64,000 bases of DNA from Auanema rhodensis (Eukaryota > Animalia > Nematoda). The stretch covers positions 1,426,001-1,490,000 of the forward strand of contig OZ059894.1 in assembly GCA_964057225.1 (NCBI GenBank). The letters are read 5' to 3'. The position numbers and the translations under genes are program-made. Of the stretch, positions 41,801-54,500 are shown one piece after another. Positions within the stretch are counted from its first letter, which is position 1. Each line of letters starts with the position of its first letter. The notes beneath the pieces are model-generated. The model worked only from the letters and a program-made list of their open reading frames with translations. It was not told the origin of the DNA and made no database searches.

Positions 41801-44800
41801 GTACACTCAACATAGCTTCCAAAAACATTTTGACAAAAATTTTTTGGAAAAATTTCTAAATAATTTAGCAAAAAGTAGATGTTTTTAGATTCCTTTTTTT
41901 AAGGCAAAGACGATAGACAATGTTATTCAACGAAAAAATTAATTCTTCAGGGTGAAAATCGAGGATATAAGTGTGAACTTATATCAGTTGATATCTCGGT
42001 GCATTTTTAAGCTAGCGCAAATCTGATAACACAGATCGACGCAGCTTGAAAATCCGCATCGAATGCACTATACTACTTTGAGAAACGCTTAATACAAAAA
42101 TTAGTTATGATCGTTTGAAAAATGATGCATTAGTGTATGTTGAGTTTCCATGTACACTCAACATAGCTTCCAAAAACATTTTGACAAAAATTTTTTCGAA
42201 AAATTTCAAAATAATTTAGCAGAAAGTAGATGTTTTTAGATTCCTTTTTTTAAGGCAAAGACGATAGACAATGTTATTCAACGAAAAAATTAATTCTTCA
42301 GGGTGAAAATCGAGGATATAAGTGTGAACTTATATCACTTGATATCTCGGTGCATTTTTAAGCTAGCGCAAATCTGATAACACAGATCGACGCAGCTTGA
42401 AAATCCGCATCGAATGCACTATACTACATTGAGAAACGCTTAATACAAAAATTAGTTATGATCGTTTGAAAAATGATGCATTAGTGTATGTTGAGTTTCC
42501 ATGTACACTCAACATAGCTTCCAAAAACATTTTGACAAAAATTTTTTCGAAAAATTTCAAAATAATTTAGCAGAAAGTAGATGTTTTTAGATTCCTTTTT
42601 TTAAGGCAAAGACGATGGACAATGTTATTCAACGAAAAAATTAATTCTTCAGGGTGAAAATCGAGGATATAAGTGTGAACTTATATCACTTGATATCTCG
42701 GTGCATTTTTAAGCTAGCGCAAATCTGATAACACAGATCGACGCAGCTTGAAAATCCGCATCGAATGCACTATACTACTTTGAGAAACGCTTAATACAAA
42801 AATTAGTTATGATCGTTTGAAAAATGATGCATTAGTGTATGTTGAGTTTCCATGTACACTCAACATAGCTTCCAAAAACATTTTGACAAAAATTTTTTCG
42901 AAAAATTTCAAAATAATTTAGCAGAAAGTAGATGTTTTTAGATTCCTTTTTTTAAGGCAAAGACGATGGACAATGTTATTCAACGAAAAAATTAATTCTT
43001 CAGGGTGAAAATCGAGGATATAAGTGTGAACTTATATCACTTGATATCTCGGTGCATTTTTAAGCTAGCGCAAATCTGATAACACAGATCGACGCAGCTT
43101 GAAAATCCGCATCGAATGCACTATACTACATTGAGAAACGCTTAATACAAAAATTAGTTATGATCGTTTGAAAAATGATGCATTAGTGTATGTTGAGTTT
43201 CCATGTACACTCAACATAGCTTCCAAAAACATTTTGACAAAAATTTTTTCGAAAAATTTCAAAATAATTTAGCAGAAAGTAGATGTTTTTAGATTCCTTT
43301 TTTTAAGGCAAAGACGATGGACAATGTTATTCAACGAAAAAATTAATTCTTCAGGGTGAAAATCGAGGATATAAGTGTGAACTTATATCAGTTGATATCT
43401 CGGTGCATTTTTAAGCTAGCGCAAATCTGATAACACAGATCGACGCAGCTTGAAAATACGCATCGAATGCACTATACTACTTTGAGAAACGCTTAATACA
43501 AAAATTAGTTATGATCGTTTGAAAAATGATGCATTAGTGTATGTTGAGTTTCCATGTACACTCAACATAGCTTCCAAAAACATTTTGACAAAAATTTTTT
43601 CGAAAAATTTCAGAATAATTTAGCAAAAAGTAGATGTTTTTAGATTTCTTTTCTCAAGGCAAAGACGATGGACAATGTTATTCAACGAAAAAATTAATTC
43701 TTCAGGGTGAAAATCGAGGATATAAGTGTGAACTTATATCAGTTGATATCTCGGTGCATTTTTAAGCTAGCGCAAATCTGATAACACAGATCGACGCAGC
43801 TTGAAAATCCGCATCGAATGCACTATACTACTTTGAGAAACGCTTAATACAAAAATTAGTTATGATCGTTTGAAAAATGATGCATTAGTGTATGTTGAGT
43901 TTCCATGTACACTCAACATTGCTTCCAAAAAAATTTTGACAAAAATTTTTTCGAAAAATTTCAAATTAATTTAGCAGAAAGTATATGTTTTTAGATTTCT
44001 TTTTTCAAGGCAAAGACGATGGACAATGTTATTCAACGAAAAAATTAATTCTTCAGGGTGAAAATCGAGGATATAAGTGTGAATTTATATCAGTTGATAT
44101 CTCGGTGCATTTTTAAGCTAGCGCAAATCTGATAACACAGATCGACGCAGCTTGAAAATCCGCATTGAATGCACTATACTACATTGAGGAACGCTTAATA
44201 CAAAAATTAGTTATGATCGTTTGAAAAATGATGCATTAGTGTATGTTGAGTTTCCATGTACACTCAACATAGCTTCCAAAAACATTTTGACAAAAATTTT
44301 TTCGAAAAATTTCAAAATAATTTAGCAGAAAGTAGATGTTTTTAGATTCCTTTTTTTAAGGCAAAGACGATGGACAATGTTATTCAACGAAAAAATTAAT
44401 TCTTCAGGGTGAAAATCGAGGATATAAGTGTGAACTTATATCAGTTGATATCTCGGTGCATTTTTAAGCTAGCGCAAATCTGATAACACAGATCGACGCA
44501 GCTTGAAAATCCGCATCGAATGCACTATACTACTTTGAGAAACGCTTAATACAAAAATTAGTTATGATCGTTTGAAAAATGATGCATTAGTGTATGTTGA
44601 GTTTCCATGTACACTCAACATAGCTTCCAAAAACATTTTGACAAAATTTTTTTCAAAAAATTTCAAAATAATTTAGCAGAAAGTAGATGTTTTTAGATTG
44701 CTTTTTTTAAGGCAAAGACGACGGACAATGTTATTCAACGAAAAAATTAATTCTTCAGGGTGAAAATCGAGGATATAAGTGTGAACTTATATCAGTTGAT

Positions 44801-47800
44801 ATCTCGGTGCATTTTTAAGCTAGCGCAAATCTGATAACACAGATCGACGCAGCTTAAAAATCCGCATCGAATGCACTATACTACATTGAGGAACGCTTAA
44901 TACAAAAATTAGTTATGATCGTTTGAAAAATGATGCATTAGTGTATGTTGAGTTTCCATGTACACTCAACATTGCTTCCAAAAACATTTTGACAAAAATT
45001 TTTTCGAAAAATTTCAAAATAATTTAGCAAAAAGTAGATGTTTTTAGATTCCTTTTTTCAAGGCAAAGACGATGGACAATGTTATTCAGCGAAAAAATTA
45101 ATTCTTCAGGGTGAAAATCGAGGATATAAGTGTGAACTTATATCAGTTGATATCTCGGTGCATTTTTAAGCTAGCGCAAATCTGATAACACAGATCGACG
45201 CAGCTTGAAAATCCGCATCGAATGCACTATACCACTTTGAGAAACGCTTAATACAAAAATTAGTTATGATCGTTTGAAAAATGATGCATTAGTGTATGTT
45301 GAGTTTCCATGTACACTCAACATTGCTTCCAAAAACATTTTGACAAAAATTTTTTCGAAAAATTTCAAAATAATTTAGCAAAAAGTAGATGTTTTTAGAT
45401 TCCTTTTTTCAAGGCAAAGACGATGGACAATGTTATTCAACGAAAAAATTAATTCTTCAGGGTGAAAATCGAGGATATAAGTGTGAACTTATATCAGTTG
45501 ATATCTCGGTGCATTTTTAAGCTAGCGCAAATCTGATAACACAGATCGACGCAGCTTGAAAATCCGCATCGAATGCACTATACTACATTGAGAAACGCTC
45601 AATACAAAAATTAGTTATGATCGTTTGAAAAATGATGCATTAGTGTATGTTGAGTTTCCATGTACACTCAACATTGCTTCCAAAAACATTTTGACAAAAA
45701 TTTTTTCGAAAAATTTCAAATTAATTTAGCAGAAAGTATATGTTTTTAGATTCCTTTTTTCAAGGCAAAGACGATGGACAATGTTATTCAACGAAAAAAT
45801 TAATTCTTCAGGGTGAAAATCGAGGATATAAGTGTGAACTTATATCAGTTGATATCTCGGTGCATTTTTAAGCTAGCGCAAATCTGATAACACAGATCGA
45901 CGCAGCTTGAAAATCCGCATCGAATGCACTATACTACTTTGAGAAACGCTTAATACAAAAATTAGTTATGATCGTTTGAAAAATGATGCATTAGTGTATG
46001 TTGAGTTTCCATGTACACTCAACATTGCTTCCAAAAACATTTTGACAAAAATTTTTTCGAAAAATTTCAAATTAATTTAGCAGGAAGTATATGTTTTTAG
46101 ATTCCTTTTTTCAAGGCAAAGACGATGGACAATGTTATTCAACGAAAAAATTAATTCTTCAGGGTGAAAATCGAGGATATAAGTGTGAACTTATATCAGT
46201 TGATATCTCGGTGCATTTTTAAGCTAGCGCAAATCTGATAACACAGATCGACGCAGCTTGAAAATCCGCATCGAATGCACTATACTACATTGAGGAACGC
46301 TTAATACAAAAATTAGTTATGATCGTTTGAAAAATGATGCATTAGTGTATGTTGAGTTTCCATGTACACTCAACATAGCTTCCAAAAACATTTTGACAAA
46401 ATTTTTTTCGAAAAATTTCAAAATAATTTAGCAGAAAGTAGATGTTTTTAGATTCCTTTTTTTAAGGCAAAGACGACGGACAATGTTATTCAACGAAAAA
46501 ATTAATTCTTCAGGGTGAAAATCGAGGATATAAGTGTGAACTTATATCAGTTGATATCTCGGTGCATTTTTAAGCTAGCGCAAATCTGATAACACAGATC
46601 GACGCAGCTTGAAAATCCGCATCGAATGCACTATACTACTTTGAGAAACGCTTAATACAAAAATTAGTTATGATCGTTTGAAAAATGATGCATTAGTGTA
46701 TGTTGAGTTTCCATGTACACTCAACATAGCTTCCAAAAACATTTTGACAAAAATTTTTTCGAAAAATTTCAAAATAATTTAGCAGAAAGTAGATGTTTTT
46801 AGATTCCTTTTTTCAAGGCAAAGACGATAGACAATGTTATTCAACGAAAAAATTAATTCTTCAGGGTGAAAATCGAGGATATAAGTGTGAACTTATATCA
46901 CTTGATATCTCGGTGCATTTTTAAGCTAGCGCAAATCTGATAACACAGATCGACGCAGCTTGAAAATCCGCATCGAATGCATTATACTACTTTGAGAAAC
47001 GCTTAATACAAAAATTAGTTATGATCGTTTGAAAAATGATGCATTAGTGTATGTTGAGTTTCCATGTACACTCAACATAGCTTCCAAAAACATTTTGACA
47101 AAATTTTTTTCGAAAAATTTCAAAATAATTTAGCAGAAAGTAGATGTTTTTAGATTCCTTTTTTTAAGGCAAAGACGACGGACAATGTTATTCAACGAAA
47201 AAATTAATTCTTCAGGGTGAAAATCGAGGATATAAGTGTGAACTTATATCAGTTGATATCTCGGTGCATTTGTAAGCTAGCGCAAATCTGATAACACAGA
47301 TCGACGCAGCTTGAAAATCCGCATCGAATGCACTATACTACTTTGAGAAACGCTTAATACAAAAATTAGTTATGATCGTTTGAAAAATGATGCATTAGTG
47401 TATGTTGAGTTTCCATGTACACTCAACATAGCTTCCAAAAACATTTTGACAAAAATTTTTTGGAAAAATTTCTAAATAATTTAGCAAAAAGTAGATGTTT
47501 TTAGATTCCTTTTTTTAAGGCAAAGACGATAGACAATGTTATTCAACGAAAAAATTAATTCTTCAGGGTGAAAATCGAGGATATAAGTGTGAACTTATAT
47601 CAGTTGATATCTCGGTGCATTTTTAAGCTAGCGCAAATCTGATAACACAGATCGACGCAGCTTGAAAATCCGCATCGAATGCACTATACTACTTTGAGAA
47701 ACGCTTAATACAAAAATTAGTTATGATCGTTTGAAAAATGATGCATTAGTGTATGTTGAGTTTCCATGTACACTCAACATAGCTTCCAAAAACATTTTGA

Positions 47801-50800
47801 CAAAAATTTTTTCGAAAAATTTCAAAATAATTTAGCAGAAAGTAGATGTTTTTAGATTCCTTTTTTCAAGGCAAAGACGATAGACAATGTTATTCAACGA
47901 AAAAATTAATTCTTCAGGGTGAAAATCGAGGATATAAGTGTGAACTTATATCACTTGATATCTCGGTGCATTTTTAAGCTAGCGCAAATCTGATAACACA
48001 GATCGACGCAGCTTGAAAATCCGCATCGAATGCATTATACTACTTTGAGAAACGCTTAATACAAAAATTAGTTATGATCGTTTGAAAAATGATGCATTAG
48101 TGTATGTTGAGTTTCCATGTACACTCAACATAGCTTCCAAAAACATTTTGACAAAATTTTTTTCGAAAAATTTCAAAATAATTTAGCAGAAAGTAGATGT
48201 TTTTAGATTCCTTTTTTTAAGGCAAAGACGACGGACAATGTTATTCAACGAAAAAATTAATTCTTCAGGGTGAAAATCGAGGATATAAGTGTGAACTTAT
48301 ATCAGTTGATATCTCGGTGCATTTGTAAGCTAGCGCAAATCTGATAACACAGATCGACGCAGCTTGAAAATCCGCATCGAATGCACTATACTACTTTGAG
48401 AAACGCTTAATACAAAAATTAGTTATGATCGTTTGAAAAATGATGCATTAGTGTATGTTGAGTTTCCATGTACACTCAACATAGCTTCCAAAAACATTTT
48501 GACAAAAATTTTTTGGAAAAATTTCTAAATAATTTAGCAAAAAGTAGATGTTTTTAGATTCCTTTTTTTAAGGCAAAGACGATAGACAATGTTATTCAAC
48601 GAAAAAATTAATTCTTCAGGGTGAAAATCGAGGATATAAGTGTGAACTTATATCAGTTGATATCTCGGTGCATTTTTAAGCTAGCGCAAATCTGATAACA
48701 CAGATCGACGCAGCTTGAAAATCCGCATCGAATGCACTATACTACTTTGAGAAACGCTTAATACAAAAATTAGTTATGATCGTTTGAAAAATGATGCATT
48801 AGTGTATGTTGAGTTTCCATGTACACTCAACATAGCTTCCAAAAACATTTTGACAAAAATTTTTTCGAAAAATTTCAAAATAATTTAGCAGAAAGTAGAT
48901 GTTTTTAGATTCCTTTTTTTAAGGCAAAGACGATAGACAATGTTATTCAACGAAAAAATTAATTCTTCAGGGTGAAAATCGAGGATATAAGTGTGAACTT
49001 ATATCACTTGATATCTCGGTGCATTTTTAAGCTAGCGCAAATCTGATAACACAGATCGACGCAGCTTGAAAATCCGCATCGAATGCACTATACTACATTG
49101 AGAAACGCTTAATACAAAAATTAGTTATGATCGTTTGAAAAATGATGCATTAGTGTATGTTGAGTTTCCATGTACACTCAACATAGCTTCCAAAAACATT
49201 TTGACAAAAATTTTTTCGAAAAATTTCAAAATAATTTAGCAGAAAGTAGATGTTTTTAGATTCCTTTTTTTAAGGCAAAGACGATGGACAATGTTATTCA
49301 ACGAAAAAATTAATTCTTCAGGGTGAAAATCGAGGATATAAGTGTGAACTTATATCACTTGATATCTCGGTGCATTTTTAAGCTAGCGCAAATCTGATAA
49401 CACAGATCGACGCAGCTTGAAAATCCGCATCGAATGCACTATACTACTTTGAGAAACGCTTAATACAAAAATTAGTTATGATCGTTTGAAAAATGATGCA
49501 TTAGTGTATGTTGAGTTTCCATGTACACTCAACATAGCTTCCAAAAACATTTTGACAAAAATTTTTTCGAAAAATTTCAAAATAATTTAGCAGAAAGTAG
49601 ATGTTTTTAGATTCCTTTTTTCAAGGCAAAGACGATAGACAATGTTATTCAACGAAAAAATTAATTCTTCAGGGTGAAAATCGAGGATATAAGTGTGAAC
49701 TTATATCACTTGATATCTCGGTGCATTTTTAAGCTAGCGCAAATCTGATAACACAGATCGACGCAGCTTGAAAATCCGCATCGAATGCATTATACTACTT
49801 TGAGAAACGCTTAATACAAAAATTAGTTATGATCGTTTGAAAAATGATGCATTAGTGTATGTTGAGTTTCCATGTACACTCAACATAGCTTCCAAAAACA
49901 TTTTGACAAAATTTTTTTCGAAAAATTTCAAAATAATTTAGCAGAAAGTAGATGTTTTTAGATTCCTTTTTTTAAGGCAAAGACGACGGACAATGTTATT
50001 CAACGAAAAAATTAATTCTTCAGGGTGAAAATCGAGGATATAAGTGTGAACTTATATCAGTTGATATCTCGGTGCATTTGTAAGCTAGCGCAAATCTGAT
50101 AACACAGATCGACGCAGCTTGAAAATCCGCATCGAATGCACTATACTACTTTGAGAAACGCTTAATACAAAAATTAGTTATGATCGTTTGAAAAATGATG
50201 CATTAGTGTATGTTGAGTTTCCATGTACACTCAACATAGCTTCCAAAAACATTTTGACAAAAATTTTTTGGAAAAATTTCTAAATAATTTAGCAAAAAGT
50301 AGATGTTTTTAGATTCCTTTTTTTAAGGCAAAGACGATAGACAATGTTATTCAACGAAAAAATTAATTCTTCAGGGTGAAAATCGAGGATATAAGTGTGA
50401 ACTTATATCAGTTGATATCTCGGTGCATTTTTAAGCTAGCGCAAATCTGATAACACAGATCGACGCAGCTTGAAAATCCGCATCGAATGCACTATACTAC
50501 TTTGAGAAACGCTTAATACAAAAATTAGTTATGATCGTTTGAAAAATGATGCATTAGTGTATGTTGAGTTTCCATGTACACTCAACATAGCTTCCAAAAA
50601 CATTTTGACAAAAATTTTTTCGAAAAATTTCAAAATAATTTAGCAGAAAGTAGATGTTTTTAGATTCCTTTTTTTAAGGCAAAGACGATAGACAATGTTA
50701 TTCAACGAAAAAATTAATTCTTCAGGGTGAAAATCGAGGATATAAGTGTGAACTTATATCACTTGATATCTCGGTGCATTTTTAAGCTAGCGCAAATCTG

Positions 50801-51596
50801 ATAACACAGATCGACGCAGCTTGAAAATCCGCATCGAATGCACTATACTACATTGAGAAACGCTTAATACAAAAATTAGTTATGATCGTTTGAAAAATGA
50901 TGCATTAGTGTATGTTGAGTTTCCATGTACACTCAACATAGCTTCCAAAAACATTTTGACAAAAATTTTTTCGAAAAATTTCAAAATAATTTAGCAGAAA
51001 GTAGATGTTTTTAGATTCCTTTTTTTAAGGCAAAGACGATGGACAATGTTATTCAACGAAAAAATTAATTCTTCAGGGTGAAAATCGAGGATATAAGTGT
51101 GAACTTATATCACTTGATATCTCGGTGCATTTTTAAGCTAGCGCAAATCTGATAACACAGATCGACGCAGCTTGAAAATCCGCATCGAATGCACTATACT
51201 ACTTTGAGAAACGCTTAATACAAAAATTAGTTATGATCGTTTGAAAAATGATGCATTAGTGTATGTTGAGTTTCCATGTACACTCAACATAGCTTCCAAA
51301 AACATTTTGACAAAAATTTTTTCGAAAAATTTCAAAATAATTTAGCAGAAAGTAGATGTTTTTAGATTCCTTTTTTTAAGGCAAAGACGATGGACAATGT
51401 TATTCAACGAAAAAATTAATTCTTCAGGGTGAAAATCGAGGATATAAGTGTGAACTTATATCACTTGATATCTCGGTGCATTTTTAAGCTAGCGCAAATC
51501 TGATAACACAGATCGACGCAGCTTGAAAATCCGCATCGAATGCACTATACTACATTGAGAAACGCTTAATACAAAAATTAGTTATGATCGTTTGAA
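36740..51596 (+). repeat. 19-mer (6669 bp) tandem duplication; the second copy carries an extra internal 5-mer duplication
   Basis: GATTGCT at 38031 and 44700 (difference 6669 = 19x351). CGCTCAAT, GCAGGAAG, TTGTAAG and TTGGAAAAATTTCTAAA markers recur with the same offset. Boundaries are approximate. Confidence 0.85.
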
Positions 51597-54500
51597 AAAT
51601 GATGCATTAGTGTATGTTGAGTTTCCATGTACACTCAACATAGCTTCCAAAAACATTTTGACAAAAATTTTTTCGAAAAATTTCAAAATAATTTAGCAGA
51701 AAGTAGATGTTTTTAGATTCCTTTTTTTAAGGCAAAGACGATGGACAATGTTATTCAACGAAAAAATTAATTCTTCAGGGTGAAAATCGAGGATATAAGT
51801 GTGAACTTATATCACTTGATATCTCGGTGCATTTTTAAGCTAGCGCAAATCTGATAACACAGATCGACGCAGCTTGAAAATCCGCATCGAATGCACTATA
51901 CTACTTTGAGAAACGCTTAATACAAAAATTAGTTATGATCGTTTGAAAAATGATGCATTAGTGTATGTTGAGTTTCCATGTACACTCAACATAGCTTCCA
52001 AAAACATTTTGACAAAAATTTTTTCGAAAAATTTCAAAATAATTTAGCAGAAAGTAGATGTTTTTAGATTCCTTTTTTTAAGGCAAAGACGATGGACAAT
52101 GTTATTCAACGAAAAAATTAATTCTTCAGGGTGAAAATCGAGGATATAAGTGTGAACATATATCAGTTGATATCTCGGTGCATTTTTAAGCTAGCGCAAA
52201 TCTGATAACACAGATCGACGCAGCTTGAAAATCCGCATCGAATGCACTATACTACTTTGAGAAACGCTTAATACAAAAATTAGTTATGATCGTTTGAAAA
52301 ATGATGCATTAGTGTATGTTGAGTTTCCATGTACACTCAACATTGCTTCCAAAAAAATTTTGACAAAAATTTTTTCGAAAAATTTCAAATTAATTTAGCA
52401 GAAAGTATATGTTTTTAGATTTCTTTTTTCAAGGCAAAGACGATGGACAATGTTATTCAACGAAAAAATTAATTCTTCAGGGTGAAAATCGAGGATATAA
52501 GTGTGAATTTATATCAGTTGATATCTCGGTGCATTTTTAAGCTAGCGCAAATCTGATAACACAGATCGACGCAGCTTGAAAATCCGCATTGAATGCACTA
52601 TACTACATTGAGGAACGCTTAATACAAAAATTAGTTATGATCGTTTGAAAAATGATGCATTAGTGTATGTTGAGTTTCCATGTACACTCAACATAGCTTC
52701 CAAAAACATTTTGACAAAAATTTTTTCGAAAAATTTCAAAATAATTTAGCAGAAAGTAGATGTTTTTAGATTCCTTTTTTTAAGGCAAAGACGATGGACA
52801 ATGTTATTCAACGAAAAAATTAATTCTTCAGGGTGAAAATCGAGGATATAAGTGTGAACTTATATCAGTTGATATCTCGGTGCATTTTTAAGCTAGCGCA
52901 AATCTGATAACACAGATCGACGCAGCTTGAAAATCCGCATCGAATGCACTATACTACTTTGAGAAACGCTTAATACAAAAATTAGTTTATGATCGTTTGA
53001 AAAATGATGCATTAGTGTATGTTGAGTTTCCATGTACACTCAACATAGCTTCCAAAAACATTTTGACAAAATTTTTTTCAAAAAATTTCAAAATAATTTA
53101 GCAGAAAGTAGATGTTTTTAGATTCCTTTTTTTAAGGCAAAGACGACGGACAATGTTATTCAACGAAAAAATTAATTCTTCAGGGTGAAAATCGAGGATA
53201 TAAGTGTGAACTTATATCAGTTGATATCTCGGTGCATTTTTAAGCTAGCGCAAATCTGATAACACAGATCGACGCAGCTTGAAAATCCGCATCGAATGCA
53301 CTATACTACTTTGAGAAACGCTTAATACAAAAATTAGTTATGATCGTTTGAAAAATGATGCATTAGTGTATGTTGAGTTTCCATGTACACTCAACATTGC
53401 TTCCAAAAACATTTTGACAAAAATTTTTTCGAAAAATTTCAAATTAATTTAGCAGGAAGTATATGTTTTTAGATTCCTTTTTTCAAGGCAAAGACGATGG
53501 ACAATGTTATTCAACGAAAAAATTAATTCTTCAGGGTGAAAATCGAGGATATAAGTGTGAATTTATATCAGTTGATATCTCGGTGCATTTTTAAGCTAGC
53601 GCAAATCTGATAACACAGATCGACGCAGCTTAAAAATCCGCATCGAATGCACTATACTACATTGAGGAACGCTTAATACAAAAATTAGTTATGATCGTTT
53701 GAAAAATGATGCATTAGTGTATGTTGAGTTTCCATGTACACTCAACATTGCTTCCAAAAACATTTTGACAAAAATTTTTTCGAAAAATTTCAAAATAATT
53801 TAGCAAAAAGTAGATGTTTTTAGATTCCTTTTTTCAAGGCAAAGACGATGGACAATGTTATTCAGCGAAAAAATTAATTCTTCAGGGTGAAAATCGAGGA
53901 TATAAGTGTGAACTTATATCAGTTGATATCTCGGTGCATTTTTAAGCTAGCGCAAATCTGATAACACAGATCGACGCAGCTTGAAAATCCGCATCGAATG
54001 CACTATACCACTTTGAGAAACGCTTAATACAAAAATTAGTTATGATCGTTTGAAAAATGATGCATTAGTGTATGTTGAGTTTCCATGTACACTCAACATT
54101 GCTTCCAAAAACATTTTGACAAAAATTTTTTCGAAAAATTTCAAAATAATTTAGCAAAAAGTAGATGTTTTTAGATTCCTGTTTTCAAGGCAAAGACGAT
54201 GGACAATGTTATTCAACGAAAAAATTAATTCTTCAGGGTGAAAATCGAGGATATAAGTGTGAACTTATATCAGTTGATATCTCGGTGCATTTTTAAGCTA
54301 GCGCAAATCTGATAACACAGATCGACGCAGCTTGAAAATCCGCATCGAATGCACTATACTACATTGAGAAACGCTTAATACAAAAATTAGTTATGATCGT
54401 TTGAAAAATGATGCATTAGTGTATGTTGAGTTTCCATGTACACTCAACATTGCTTCCAAAAACATTTTGACAAAAATTTTTTCGAAAAATTTCAAATTAA

